Shown here: positions 27,760 to 39,809 of the stretch, one piece after another
How the letters are laid out: the number at the start of each line of letters is the position of its first letter
Position numbering within the stretch: the first letter of the stretch is position 1
Assembly (NCBI GenBank): GCA_964016885.1
Contig: OZ024740.1
Location: 43,152,001 to 43,216,000 of the forward strand
DNA length: 64,000 nucleotides
Source of the DNA: Eledone cirrhosa
Lineage: Eukaryota
Direction: 5' to 3'
Program-made: the position numbers and the translations under genes
Notes under the pieces: model-generated
The model's input: only the letters and a program-made list of their open reading frames with translations
The model's database searches: none
What the model was told of the DNA's origin: nothing

Positions 27760-28450
27760 CTTTAGTAGCGAGGAATCCATAATGGCATTCTATAAAGATT
27801 TGGATCTGCCATGCCAAAGTTCCTACAGCAGACAGGATTCCTCTCCTTAGTCACTTTAACGCCAGAGTTGGTAGGGATCAGAAGATTTGGAAGACATTGG
27901 GGCAGTATCTGCTTGGAAGCGTGAATGGCACTGAATTTGAACTGACCATTTGTATCACCATTCTCCACCAGAGGGATGTATCAAGCATAAAATAACATCT
28001 TTTGCGACAACGCTTTCTAGACGTGTAGGCGTGTCGAGATTGCAGAACCCGGTGATTCATAAGGATCTGAAGAGGTTTTTTGGAGAAACTGAAGTTTATG
28101 GCATATGGGGTAATATTACGACAATGGTCTACATCACTAGTGGGAAAGTTCTCGGTTTCAAGAAGAGGAAACAACTAAAGTGCTTTAACGAAAACGATTT
28201 TCAGATCAGCCAGCAAAATCAGATGGCAAAAAAAACAAAAAAAAAAAAAAAAACGATGCTCTCCAAACATTTTTGAGACTTTCAGATAAAATCCTATCTA
28301 AGTTGCTACAGTCATTCAAGAATGCAAAATCCTTGCCCCAGCAGAAAGTCCATCAGAGAAAAAATGAATGGCGGTACGATATTTCAATGCAATTTCAGAT
28401 TACCTATGATCGGAAGGACTCCAAGTCATTATATCACCAGATCAATTAGG
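27760..28450 (+). mobile_element. Decayed RTE-type LINE APE endonuclease fragment
   Basis: AFYKDL...DRIPLLSHFNARVGRD resembles the LLGDFNARVG motif. Confidence 0.6.
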
Positions 28451-28727
28451 CCTTAAGTTTCCTATCCTTGTTTGTGGTTCCACACAGGTTCAAGGACGGG
28501 TCTGTAATTTTCAAAGATTTTGATGTTAGCCAGATTCAGAGACGACGTTCGTCATCGACAGTTCCCCATTCTTTGCTTCTGCTGGAATCCACTAGATGGC
28601 CCTACATCATCAGTTTTCAAATTCATAGTTGTAGGCTTTCAAAATGTGTATTCATAAACATACCGTATAACGCCAGATATACAAAATATTTACACTTATA
28701 TGTATACAGCTATGTTAGGGCGAACAC

Positions 28728-28811
<84 letters not shown>

Positions 28812-29344
28812 GATAAATCCAACAATTAATGGTAGGGTCCAAGCCGTATGAAGAACTCAATGTAATCTGTATGTAGAAGATGTCGTGAAGCAACTATCTT
28901 TTCTTTTCTTAAAGGTCATTCGATACCTCAACCCCTGACTGCTAATTTATTCATCTACTACTATGACCTTAATGATCTATATTACCCCTTCCTATTTTTA
29001 CTATTGGTCAATCTCAAACTTGTTCTTAAAAGGTTACTTATTCATACATGATTTTATATTCTTCAATAAACAAAACTCAAGAAGACGCCGGGTAGGGAAG
29101 ACGTATGTATATTTTCTTACTTTGATAATTTGTAATATATTTTACATAGATCACTAATAGAATGAACAAAAGGAAAACTACCCCAGAAACGATCGTAAAA
29201 TAATGAGTTTTACTATGAATTACTCGTATTTTGTTTAATTTCATTGTTTTCACTATATATATATATATATATATATATAAGTTTATCGCGGGTTCAATCG
29301 GGGGTAACCACAGTAGGTAAGATACTCAATACAAAGCAGAGTAT

Positions 29345-32300
29345 AAACCCCTCAAAATGGGCTCGAAACCGGTCGCCTCAAGGACCGCAGCCAGGTACCG
29401 ATGGTCGACCCTATCAAATGCTTTAGATCGATCCAAGTTGATCAGGGCCCTACCCGTGCCGGTTCCTTAACCACCCTCTCTATGATGTATCACATGAGAT
29501 GGAGGTTGTCGTGGATGGATCTGTCCGGAATGGCGCATGTCTGCGCCTCTCCCACCCGATCACCGACGACAAGCGCCAATCTCTTTGCTAACACCTTGGC
29601 CAAAATCTTAAACTCTGCGTTTAGAAAAGTTATGGGTCTGAAGTTGTTCGGGTCTTTTCTCAGCAGCGCCACCGCTCCCCAGCTCATAAAACTGGGAATG
29701 CTCCCGTTCTGCTGCCAGTTGCAGTAGACATCTGGTAAGAGGTCGCCGAAAATGTCTGGCATATAAGCATAAAGCTCGTAGGGCAGACCATCCAAACCTG
29801 GCGATTTAGCCCTCGTGCAGTCAGACATCGCTTGCCGTATTACACCAGCTGTTATCGGCTTTTCGCCGTACTGCGCTGTGGTCGTCGAGAGCCATGGCAG
29901 TCCGTCGATGTATACACCGAAGTCCATACTCTGATCCGGCCCGCTGCCGCTCCCGAACAATTAAACAAAGTGCTGTTGAAAAGCCGCACACATCTGCTCA
30001 GGTTCGAGCAACATGCGCCCGTTTTGATCAGGCAAAGACCGATTTGTGGACTTGTTGCCACGGCCCGCCCCCACCACCCGGGCCCATTGAACGGCTTTCG
30101 TCCCCTCGTGTCTCAGAGCACGCACTCTAGCTCTAACAACGCAGTCTTCATGCTTTACGCTGAAGAATTCGTCGAGTGCCAATCTCACCGCAAGCACGTC
30201 GGTTGCGATGCCTGTCCTAAACGCCTCTTCCAGTTTTCTAACTAACTCTTCCTCTACTCTATGTTCCTCTATCACTACTCCTTTGTTAAACCTTATCGAT
30301 TCTACTCTATTCTACTATTCTACTAATAGCCCTTTTCTGGGTAAACCACCACCTGTTGTTGATGATCGCACCCGTCAACGCACGCTTAACTAATTCGCTA
30401 ATACGGTCACTGTAAGCTTTGCACGCCGGGAACGACGCGTTCAGCTTCCAGTAACCGATCCCTTGCCTATGGAGTCTATCTAAGTCAACTTCACAGATCC
30501 CAAATTTGTGGTCCGTGTAGTCAACCTCTTTAAATTGTAGACAACCTACACTAGCCTTATCTATCTCCCTACATAATACGCTATCTAAATACGATCTGGA
30601 TGACCCGATGCGGTTTGCCCATGTTCACATTGGCACATTCGGATTTTACACCCACCTGCCCTCTCTACTAACCCCACATAATCCCAGCGTGCACCTAAGA
30701 TACCGTTCCAGTCGCCCACTAACACTAAAAAGCGGGACGTTCCAAGAAAGGTCTCTAGATGTCTGAAGAAATCTGGCCGTCCTGCCCCTGTTGGGGCGTA
30801 GACGGCTACTAGCCTGAAAGCATTGCCGTCGCTGTCGGTCACGTCCAGCACCACCGACTTACTTTTTGGGTCCAGAAAGATGGCCTGTATGGCGAGATCC
30901 AAGCCTCTCCGAAAAAGCCCAGCAATTCCTCCTCCCACCGATCCTGGACGGCTGGTAGATGTGTATACATCGTAGCTGCCGAAGGTCGGTGCGAAGGCCG
31001 TGCTTCAGAAATTCTGATCTCGCTGATGGCCACCACATATATGTTTAGTGATCTGGGATCGTTATGCAGGTGGCCCTGCTTCCAAGATGACCCCAGGCCA
31101 TGTACATTTATACTGCCTATTCTAAGTAAGGCCATGTTGGGTGAGGAATGGAGTAAGTGAGAAAGGAGCACCTACCCTGATCGTGTGGGAAAGGGACAGT
31201 CGAAACGTCCCTTTGGCTGGTCATGGGTGTTTCCAAGATGATGTCTGTGTATATCCTTTTGGTAACCGACCCTCTGAAGTCTCCAACTGCGTTGGGGATT
31301 TTTCTTTTAAAAGTTTATAATGTTCTATTTTGATTTCAATGATCTTTATATTTTTCGGGAGAGTTCTTGGTGTTGGTGGGGTGTAGTAATTTTTGTCTGT
31401 GATGTTTGTGTGCTGCTTTATATGTTGTAGGAGTTCTTTATTTGCCATGTTTATGGCTGTGTACTTTTTTGGGGGAGGGGTGGTTTTGTTGCTGTTTTCT
31501 CGTTGCTGTTGTGTGTGTGTTTTGTTGTGTTTGCGATGTTGGTGTTTTAGGTGATGCTGGTGGTGGTGTGATTGTTGTTGGTTGTGATGCTTGGTGGTGG
31601 GGATGGTGATGGCTGGGGTGTTGCTGCAAGTCTCCTTGCAGCCTTTACACCTCTTTATTTGCCTTTGCTTTTGGAGAGTAAATCTAAGGGTTTTTTTCCT
31701 TTTTGTTTTTCGTGGCAGACCTTTTGCCACTTTACTCCCGCCTCATACGCCATGTCGGATTCCATGGCCCCTGGGAGGGGTATGAGCTCCACTGCTGTTA
31801 GTGGAGCCCCCTCCGGCGATTTTGCCGCCGATGTAGTTACTGTGACTGTTGGTGTTGCCGCCACTTCTGCCGCTGTTTTAGTTGTCCGTAGCCTTGGTAT
31901 GGGTGCCACGGACGTTGCCATCCTACTCACCATGGAAGGGTCTTCTGCCTCTGTTGCCTGCCCTGCTCTTGGTAGCAGCGGATCAGGCATCGGACGGAGG
32001 GGGGGGACTCTTCTTGGCTGTCTTCTGCGGGCAGAAGGCAATGAGGGGACCCTTCTTCCCACAGAGATAGCACTTTGGGCACCTTCCTTCAATGCTTATA
32101 GGGAGTTGGAGTCATTCCTCGAGGTCTATGATATCTGGGATGGCCCCGATGCCCTCCTGGTCAGTTTGTTTTAGCATTTGCATGCCTATTCCTGACCAGT
32201 TCTCTCTTCCCATTCTCTGTATTTGTAGTATGGTGGTCTCCTCGATTCTAGCAAGTATAGTTGCGGCCAGCCCAGGGCACGTCAGGCAGAACCGGGGTCA

Positions 32301-33240
32301 CTTTGACACTCACAATTTTTTGCCCGCAGTAGGAGGGCACCAAGACTATCTCCTCACTGCTTAGGGTTTCCAAAGAGTGAAACTTCGCCTCTTGTGGGGT
32401 GGCGAAAAGTACGTCTACTGTGGCGTATATTTTGCCTTGGATGATGTGGGTTTTGCGCCCCCAGACGCATCCCAAGGCCTTTTGGATTTCAGCCTCCATG
32501 GTTCTCTCCACCCGATGTGACATTTTGCTTACGGTTAGGTAAGTCACCGTGCGCAGCTGCTGGTCTTTTATGAAATCGGGTGGAGGTTTCAGGGAAACTG
32601 TATTGTCGTTTCTCGACACCATGGCCCTTGCGACTGCCATCTCCTCCTCCGTGCACTACTACAAACGGTGTTGTTAGTGTTGTTGCTGTTATCACTGTTG
32701 TAGTTGGTTGTGATTTAGGTGCCACTGTTGTTGTTGTTTTCGGTGCAATTTGTATTGTTGCTATTGGTGTTGTCGTTGTTTATTTTCTTGTTAGTGGTGT
32801 TAATATCGTTGTCGCATTTGTTGTCATTTTTTTCTGTTGTCTGTATTTTAGTTGTCGCTGTTATTGTTGGAGTTGGTCTGGTAATTTTTTTTAAATTATT
32901 GTTCTCAGTGTAGTTTTCTTTGTTCACGTTGTTTGTGGTGGTGTTTGTTGTATCAATTTCTGTAACCCTCCTCTCAACTTTTACGCCGTTGTCACATGAC
33001 AGCAGACATATTGTTGGGGGCGTGGCTCAGCCATGTTTTTTTTTAATTTTTAAAAGTAAAATGTTGAAATATTGTTCAAATATTTGGGCCAAAAACCCCA
33101 TATATTATACTTTCCCCTTCACAGGGCAAAGTGCAAGGGCTTATACCCCTTACACAACAACAAGAATTAAACAACAAATAATTATAACAGGTAAATAAAG
33201 CGACTTACTCGGAGCGAGCAAAAAGACGTCCGAACAGACC
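29345..33240 (-). mobile_element. Tx1/L1-clade LINE, 5' part (5'UTR, ORF1, APE endonuclease, RT N-half), degraded
   Basis: LRIGSINVHGL, FRLVAVYAP, LVGDWN, TDHK, GYWKLN, KSPGLDGLPYELY, FRPITFLNAEFKILAKVLAKRL, QTCAIPDRSIHDNL, AFDRVDH. Confidence 0.9.
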
Positions 33241-35020
33241 AATAATAATAATAATAATAATGATTTCTTTATTGGCCACAAGGGCTGACATCAAGAAAAA
33301 ACATTACAGACGGCACAGGACGTACAGGGCGGTACGATGTGGGTTTTGTGCGTGTAAAGATTTTTGTTATTTATATGAGAAAAGAAGAAAAAAAAAGACA
33401 GAAACATATATATATAAAAACAATAAAAATGAAAATTGAAACAATGAAAAAATTCCCCAATAGGGGGTAAACCTCCGAGGGTTACTCGTGGCGAAAACCA
33501 CACAAAAGCCACGGCCACCCTGACCACCAGCGCAAGCGCCCTCTCTCAATTTTTCCATTTCTCAAACTACAGGCGTATACTCAGAGCGGTCCCGTTCACT
33601 CAGACAATTTTCGCTACATTCACCCACCATTCAACGAAGGCAGCACTTGCCTCTCCACCCTGATTTTTCCTCTTCAAGTGAAACTTGAAAAAGTTAATTA
33701 GGGATTCACCGAAGAGGAAAGTGTCTGTCTTTAACCCTTTCAACCTTGTCCACAATACAATCTCTTTCACCATGGCCACCGGGCAGATGAAAACCGCCTG
33801 CCCTTCCTCCTCGAAGGAAGACGGCGAGACCATCTGCACAATAGACTCAGTCGATAACCGGATCAGTCCTACACGCGACAGCAACTGTCCGACATAGCTC
33901 CACAAGTCAGCAATTCTCAGGCACTGAACGAGTGCGTGCACGACGGTTTCGTCGCTCTGCGCCTATCTCGGACAGGCTCGATGGACGGAATGTTCCGTGC
34001 CTGTAGAGCTTATCTCGAACCGGCAACGCTCCTCGGTAGCACTGCCAGGCCAGGAATTTTTGGAAGTTATCCATAGACCCTGGGCTGAAAGTTCTCCGGA
34101 AGAGAGCAAACAGCTGATCTTCTTCGACGCTCAGTATCTCTCCGAAAACGTCGTCGCTCTTCCCCTCCTCTAGTCCTCTACAGAACGCCGAGGTGGATGT
34201 TCCACCGATACTGGTGCCCAGCTAGCAGAGGGCAGTGAGCGCCTGGAGACATTCCAGTTTCCAAGCGCTATCCCTCGGTCTTTTCCTGACCCAGGACTGC
34301 AGCTTCGTCAAGGAGACAAGCTGTAGGAAAACGTGCCTCGCGAGCGGCGACCACACCTGTTCACCCTCAAGGAAGCACCAGAGATGTCGCAGCCTCAGCG
34401 CATGTTTGCACATCATCAGCCATGGCATGCCCTATCCTCCACGCAACGGGTGTTGACAGCAGATGGATTGCCTGACCATGGGAGCGCGTCCCTATCCACA
34501 AAAAGCGGAAGAGGAGACGCTCCATTTTGGTGAGAGTTGGGCCGGAGCAAGGGACGACGGTGAGGCGGTAGCAGATGACGGATGCGATGTACGCATTCAC
34601 CAACTCCACCCGGCCTTTCAGGCACAGCCTCCTCACTGCCCATTTCTGGGTGAGGGAGGCCAGCTTGCTCGTCACCTCGCTCCAGTTTTTTTTCCATCTG
34701 GTGGTCCGGTCCGAACCAGACCCCGAGCAATTTAACCGGTCCGTCCGTCCAACGCCCCACGACGCTGTCGGACGGCATAGACTTGCCTCTCCAGGTGTCG
34801 AACTGCAAGCCCACCGACTTTTCCTGTTTTATCTTTGCTCCTGTCACCGTTTTGTATTCATTGAGAGCGGTGCCGAGCACCTGGACGTGTCTGGTGCTCG
34901 ACACAACCATTGTGCTGTCGTCGGCGTATGCCGACTCGGATTTCCCGCATCCTAGTTCGCGTGGGACGCCCCTCAACGCCTCCAGTTTGTGCAGTAACGG
35001 CTCGAGAGCCAATACAAATA
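33241..35020 (-). mobile_element. Tx1/L1-clade LINE, 3' part (RT C-half, zinc knuckle, 3'UTR, (TTA)n tail)
   Basis: LALEPLL, AYADDST, KLLGVWFG, ETVVHALVQC; AATAAA then (TTA)n at 33241-33275. Confidence 0.9.
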
Positions 35021-35660
35021 ATTAAAAAAATACAATTACTGGCAATAGTAGTAGTAGTGGTGGTTGTAGTCGGAGTTATAGTGGTGAGTAGGTAAAATAG
35101 TAATGACAGTAGTGATAATAATAACATGAAAAGAAAGACGATATATGATAGGCGAAGTGTGGTGTCTTGTAGATTGGTGAGTTGACGCCGTACTAATATA
35201 GTGAATTGAGTTCATGAATAAAAGTGATAAAAAATAATAAAACATTAAAATAAAAAGTAATAGATAAAGAATAGGAGATAAATAATAAAGAATAAGGATT
35301 CGAAGACAAAACATAGAAGATAGGAATAAAAATCAGAAAACGGTAAATAGATAAATAGAGAATAAAAAGTCAAAGGGACAATGATGACATATGGGAGTTT
35401 AAGGTCGGGGTAGTTTGAATGTTTTATCTTAATGGAGGTGATGCGACTATAAAAAGAAAAGGAAAGAAATGTTGAGGGATTGGCGAGGTTGATTTAATGA
35501 CCAGTTGGTCAACTGACAGCTAACAACAATGAAAAGGTGTAAAGTTGGTACATTTCAATCCGGGTGGTTTTGACTGGATACCGAGATCGCTAGATCGAAT
35601 TATTCCGGTCGCGGTTTGAAGTTGGAAAATTTGGGGGCTTCTTTGTGCCTACATATATAG
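35021..35660 (-). mobile_element. Probable PLE extreme C-terminus and 3'UTR
   Basis: [17 protein letters not shown] resembles C-termini CNHRLKEKFSHYK and CPHVWKDLLHNYK of other PLEs here. Confidence 0.5.
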
Positions 35661-35769
35661 ATATGATATGTATATATATATACTCTCCTTACTATCCTAG
35701 ATTTCATATTTCTCTTTGCTCTCCTTTTCTCATTGTATTTGTATATAAACAAGTACCTAGAGAAAGAAG

Positions 35770-36165
35770 AAAGGGAGAGCAAGGATAAAAGGAGAATAAG
35801 GAGAAAGGGAGAGCAAGGAGAGCAAGGAGAGCAAGGAGTGCAAGGAGAGCAAGGAGAGCAAGGAGTGCAAGGAGAGCAAGGAGAGCAAGGAGAGCAAGGA
35901 GAGCAAGGATAACGGGAGTGCAAGGAGAGAAATGAGAAAAAGAGAGGATAAAAGCAAGGATAAAAGGCGAGCAAGGAAAGCAAGAAGAAAGGGCGAGCAA
36001 GGAGAGCAAGGAGAGCAATGAGAAAAGGAGAGCAAGGGGAGCAAGGAGAGCAAGGAGACAAAGGAGAGCAAGGAGAAAGTGAGAAGAAGGAGAGCAATGT
36101 GAAAAGGTGAGCAAGGAGAGCAAGGAGAGCAAGGAAAGCAGTGAGAATAGGAGTGCAAGGAGAGG
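35770..36165. repeat. 9-bp minisatellite (GGAGAGCAA)n followed by (GAA)n
   Basis: Direct inspection. Confidence 0.95.
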
Positions 36166-36239
36166 TTAAGGCTGCTGGAAGCAGTCAAAGAAGAAGAAGA
36201 AGAAGAAGAAGAAGAAGAAGAAGAAAAAAATCAACGAAG

Positions 36240-39200
36240 AGGTACATTCTGCACCAAAATGACTTTCCTTCCTTTACAAACATCGAGTTTTCATCTTTGG
36301 TACAAAAACTTTCTTCACAAGATTTTCTACCAGCACCGATTTCCCTTTAACATGAAAGGATGATCCTGCTTACAAAAGTGGACTTGAAAAAGTTAGTTGA
36401 GAAGACAGTTGTTGTGAATGATGTTGCAGAAAGGTGTCAAACTCATTCAGGATTACAATAACATTCTCTCAAAGGATATAATTGAGAAACAATTTTTTTA
36501 ACGAAAACCGTAAAACATACTCAACTGCACTAAATCCTTTCCTATGCTTCGTCCCACTGCATCGTCATGCCTTACCATGCCACATCCATGCTCTGTCAGC
36601 CGCCATGCCCTCCTCACCCTTTTATTTTGCATGCCCGCTGTGCTCCTTCAAGACTGCCCTGCCTAGCCAAGCCGCATCCCTGCCACCGTCAACCCCTGCC
36701 CTCTCCCTTGCCCTCTCCCTTGCCCTCACGCCTTGGTCCCTCACGACTGCTATGGCTCACCATGCGGGATTCCTGCCCTGTCAGCAACTTGCTCAAATGT
36801 CATCAGCTTGGTTTATTCCTGCGCCGCACATAACCGCCTATTATCTCAGACCAAAGACAGCACCGAACATGAAGACGATCGTGTGTAAGTCTTTTTACAT
36901 TCATTTTAACAAAATTAAACAAAAATTCATCCTTTTCTCCTCCAAAGCTTACCGATCATGTATGGCCGATAAACATCCTGCATTGCACCCGGTTTTTTCT
37001 CAAACAATCATCGTGCCTCCCGGTGCTCTTTACATTCCCGAGGGGCAACTCAATTGGCATGCTGCATCCACGCCCTGTCAGCCGCCATGCACCCTACTAT
37101 TTCGTCATGTCTCATCATGTTGCATCCCTGCCCTGTCAGCCGCCATCCACTCCCGACCTTTTCCACTCCCTAGGCATGGCAGTCTTGAGTTACCAAGTCG
37201 CATCCCTGCCACCGTCAACCCCTGCCCTCTCCCTTCCCTGCACGCCGTCGTCCCACTGCATCGTCATACATCACCATGCCGCATAAATGCTCTGTCAGCG
37301 GCCATCCCATCCTCGGCTCTTTCTTTTGCCTGCCCGCAGTGCTCCTTCAAGACTGTCATGGCTCACCATGCGGCATCCTTGACACCGTCCACCCCTGCCC
37401 TCTTTCTTGACTGCTGGCCGTCGTCCCACTGCATCCTCATGCCTCAGGATGCGGCATCCGTGCACTGTCAGCCACCATCCCCTCCTCGGCCCTTTCTTTA
37501 GCCTGACTGCCGTGCTCCTTAAAGACTCCCATGGCTATCTACGCCGCACCCATTCCTTTCCACCCGCTTAAACGTCATCAGCATGGCTTATTGTTGCCCC
37601 ATTTGACCACCGATTTTCGCAGGCTAAACACAATACCAACGTGCACGATAGTCCATGGTAAATCTTTTTAATTACCTGTTCATCATGCTCAGCAATGGAT
37701 GAATAGCAACTGTTTTATTTCTCCTGACATACCTTTCTGTCAATTATGGCCGAGAAGCATCCTGTGCAGCATCGCGTCTACTCAAGCGATCAGCGTGCCT
37801 TCCACTGTCCTCACAATTGACTCACAACGCCGCATCTATTCCCTGCGACACCTCTAAACATCATCAGCATGGCTTATTTTTCTGCCGCGTTTAACCGGCC
37901 CTCATTCTAGGCCACAAACAACAAAACCGCACGATGATGCTGCGTAACTCTATTTAAATTAATGGTCAACATGTTCAGCAAACCAATTGTAGCAAATCTT
38001 CCTCCTCACTTCTTAGAGATCGGGATTCGCAATTTCTACAATTTCAATATTGACACAACAGTCCGTCAGGTTTTTCGGCACATGTTGCTCCGACAGGAAT
38101 ATCAACGTAATTTTCACTTAATTCGTAAGTGTACAATCTTCTGTATGCTTTTATTTTTTATTGATACAACACCGACTTCAATCATCTAACTTCATTTTGT
38201 AGGCTAGACGCGAATCACAAGGAAAACAATCCTCTGATATACAACCCCACCAAATTCTTTGGCCTACCTAGATTTCAATGGCTATATCCTTTGTTTTTGT
38301 ACGGTTGTACATTTGACAATGTCGCAAAACATTATTCCACCTTTCAGCTATGAATTGGGCAGTGCCTTAAAAACCCGGTTTATTTGCGTGCAATTTTTTG
38401 CTATATTATGAATGGAGAATCGAAAACCCTTTTTTTCTCATAACCTGATACATGCGTTACACATGCTCCATGGATATTTGTGGACTATTTTTTCAAAATT
38501 CCAATATCACAGATTGGAGCAAAAAAACGTTTGTTCTTCATTTATTTCGGTTAAAGCATTCTGCTAGAATTTAGTGCAGACCCGTTTAAATCCAGCGCCT
38601 TATAACCCCGAGTGTAACCGGGTATACCAGCTAGAAAGACAAATGGAAACATTGTTTCCTCGGTCCGATTTGACGAAAGTCGATTTAGTTCCACAACAAA
38701 TTAACAAACCATACTTGAAGACACAATTTTGATCAACTTTTTTTTACCTATAGCAAATTTACCGGGACAGGTTTTTAGCTACTCAAATCTACTTCAGAGG
38801 TCACGCATTCATGTAAAAAATAAACAAAACTGAAGTGGGAGTTCGACTTTGCGCAAAAAATAAGGTAAAGTTGCACATGGGAAATTTTTTACAGGAACGT
38901 CCGATATTTTTGAAAACTGTCCAAAAGACTCGCCATTATGCTGCGGTTCAGATAAAGTCGCTTTTATTTCTTCTTCTGCACATGTGAGCGCGAAAATTGT
39001 AAAAAAAAAAAAGAACTGTGGAAAAATCGACTTTTTCACCCTGCTTTAAAAATCAACCGAAAATTCAATTTAAAGTGAATTTGACTTCCGTCAGTCGTTC
39101 AAAGAACAATTTCAACGATACACTGTGAACCTACAATTGAACCATTATTTATACTCGGCAGTATCAGTAGAGGGTCGGACGCCATGCTTTCCAGCATAGT

Positions 39201-39479
39201 TACGTCCCTTTACGATCTGAGTTCAAATCCCGCCGAGGTTGACTTTGCCTTTCATCCTTACGGGGTCGATAAGATAAAGTACCAGTAATGCACTGGGTAA
39301 TTGCTGGCCTTGTGCCTAAAGTAGAAACAATTATTTATACTCAATTAGACACCTGCGTCTACTAACATCTGTTGTTTTCCTTGAGGTTCGAAGGTTTTTG
39401 CACCAGTGATGCGCGGGAAGTAACTTAACAATAGAGCAAAGGTCGACCTACACCCGGGCAACCTCGGGTAGTTTTACTA

Positions 39480-39480
<1 letters not shown>
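36240..39480 (+). mobile_element. Probable non-autonomous/composite Helitron (5' end uncertain)
   Basis: 3' hairpin CCCGGG-CAA-CCTCGGG then CTAG/T at 39453-39481; second hairpin plus CTAG at 38607-38634; internal GC-rich imperfect repeats 36545-37900. Confidence 0.6.
39157..39333 (+). mobile_element. SINE family A inserted in the putative Helitron
   Basis: Near-identical to 8912-9089. Confidence 0.9.
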
Positions 39481-39530
<50 letters not shown>

Positions 39531-39737
39531 CAAAAAAGATAGATGGCATGACAGGCCTTGACTATTGGACTCGATTAGAAAAGCTCAAACTTTATTCTCT
39601 CCAACGTCGCCGTGGGCGCTACATTATCTGTATGATGTGGAAAATATTCCATCAGCTTATATATACATATATATATATAATATATATACATATATAATAT
39701 ATATAATATATATACATATATAATATATACATATATA

Positions 39738-39807
<70 letters not shown>

Positions 39808-39809
39808 AA

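Noticed and set aside
35770-36165. Collagen-like (GEQ)n or metallothionein-like (PCS)n reading
   Set aside because: 9-bp DNA minisatellite with frame-breaking indels and no splice or ORF context
36482-37501. 339-aa ORF
   Set aside because: Low-complexity product of GC-rich internal repeats with no recognisable domain
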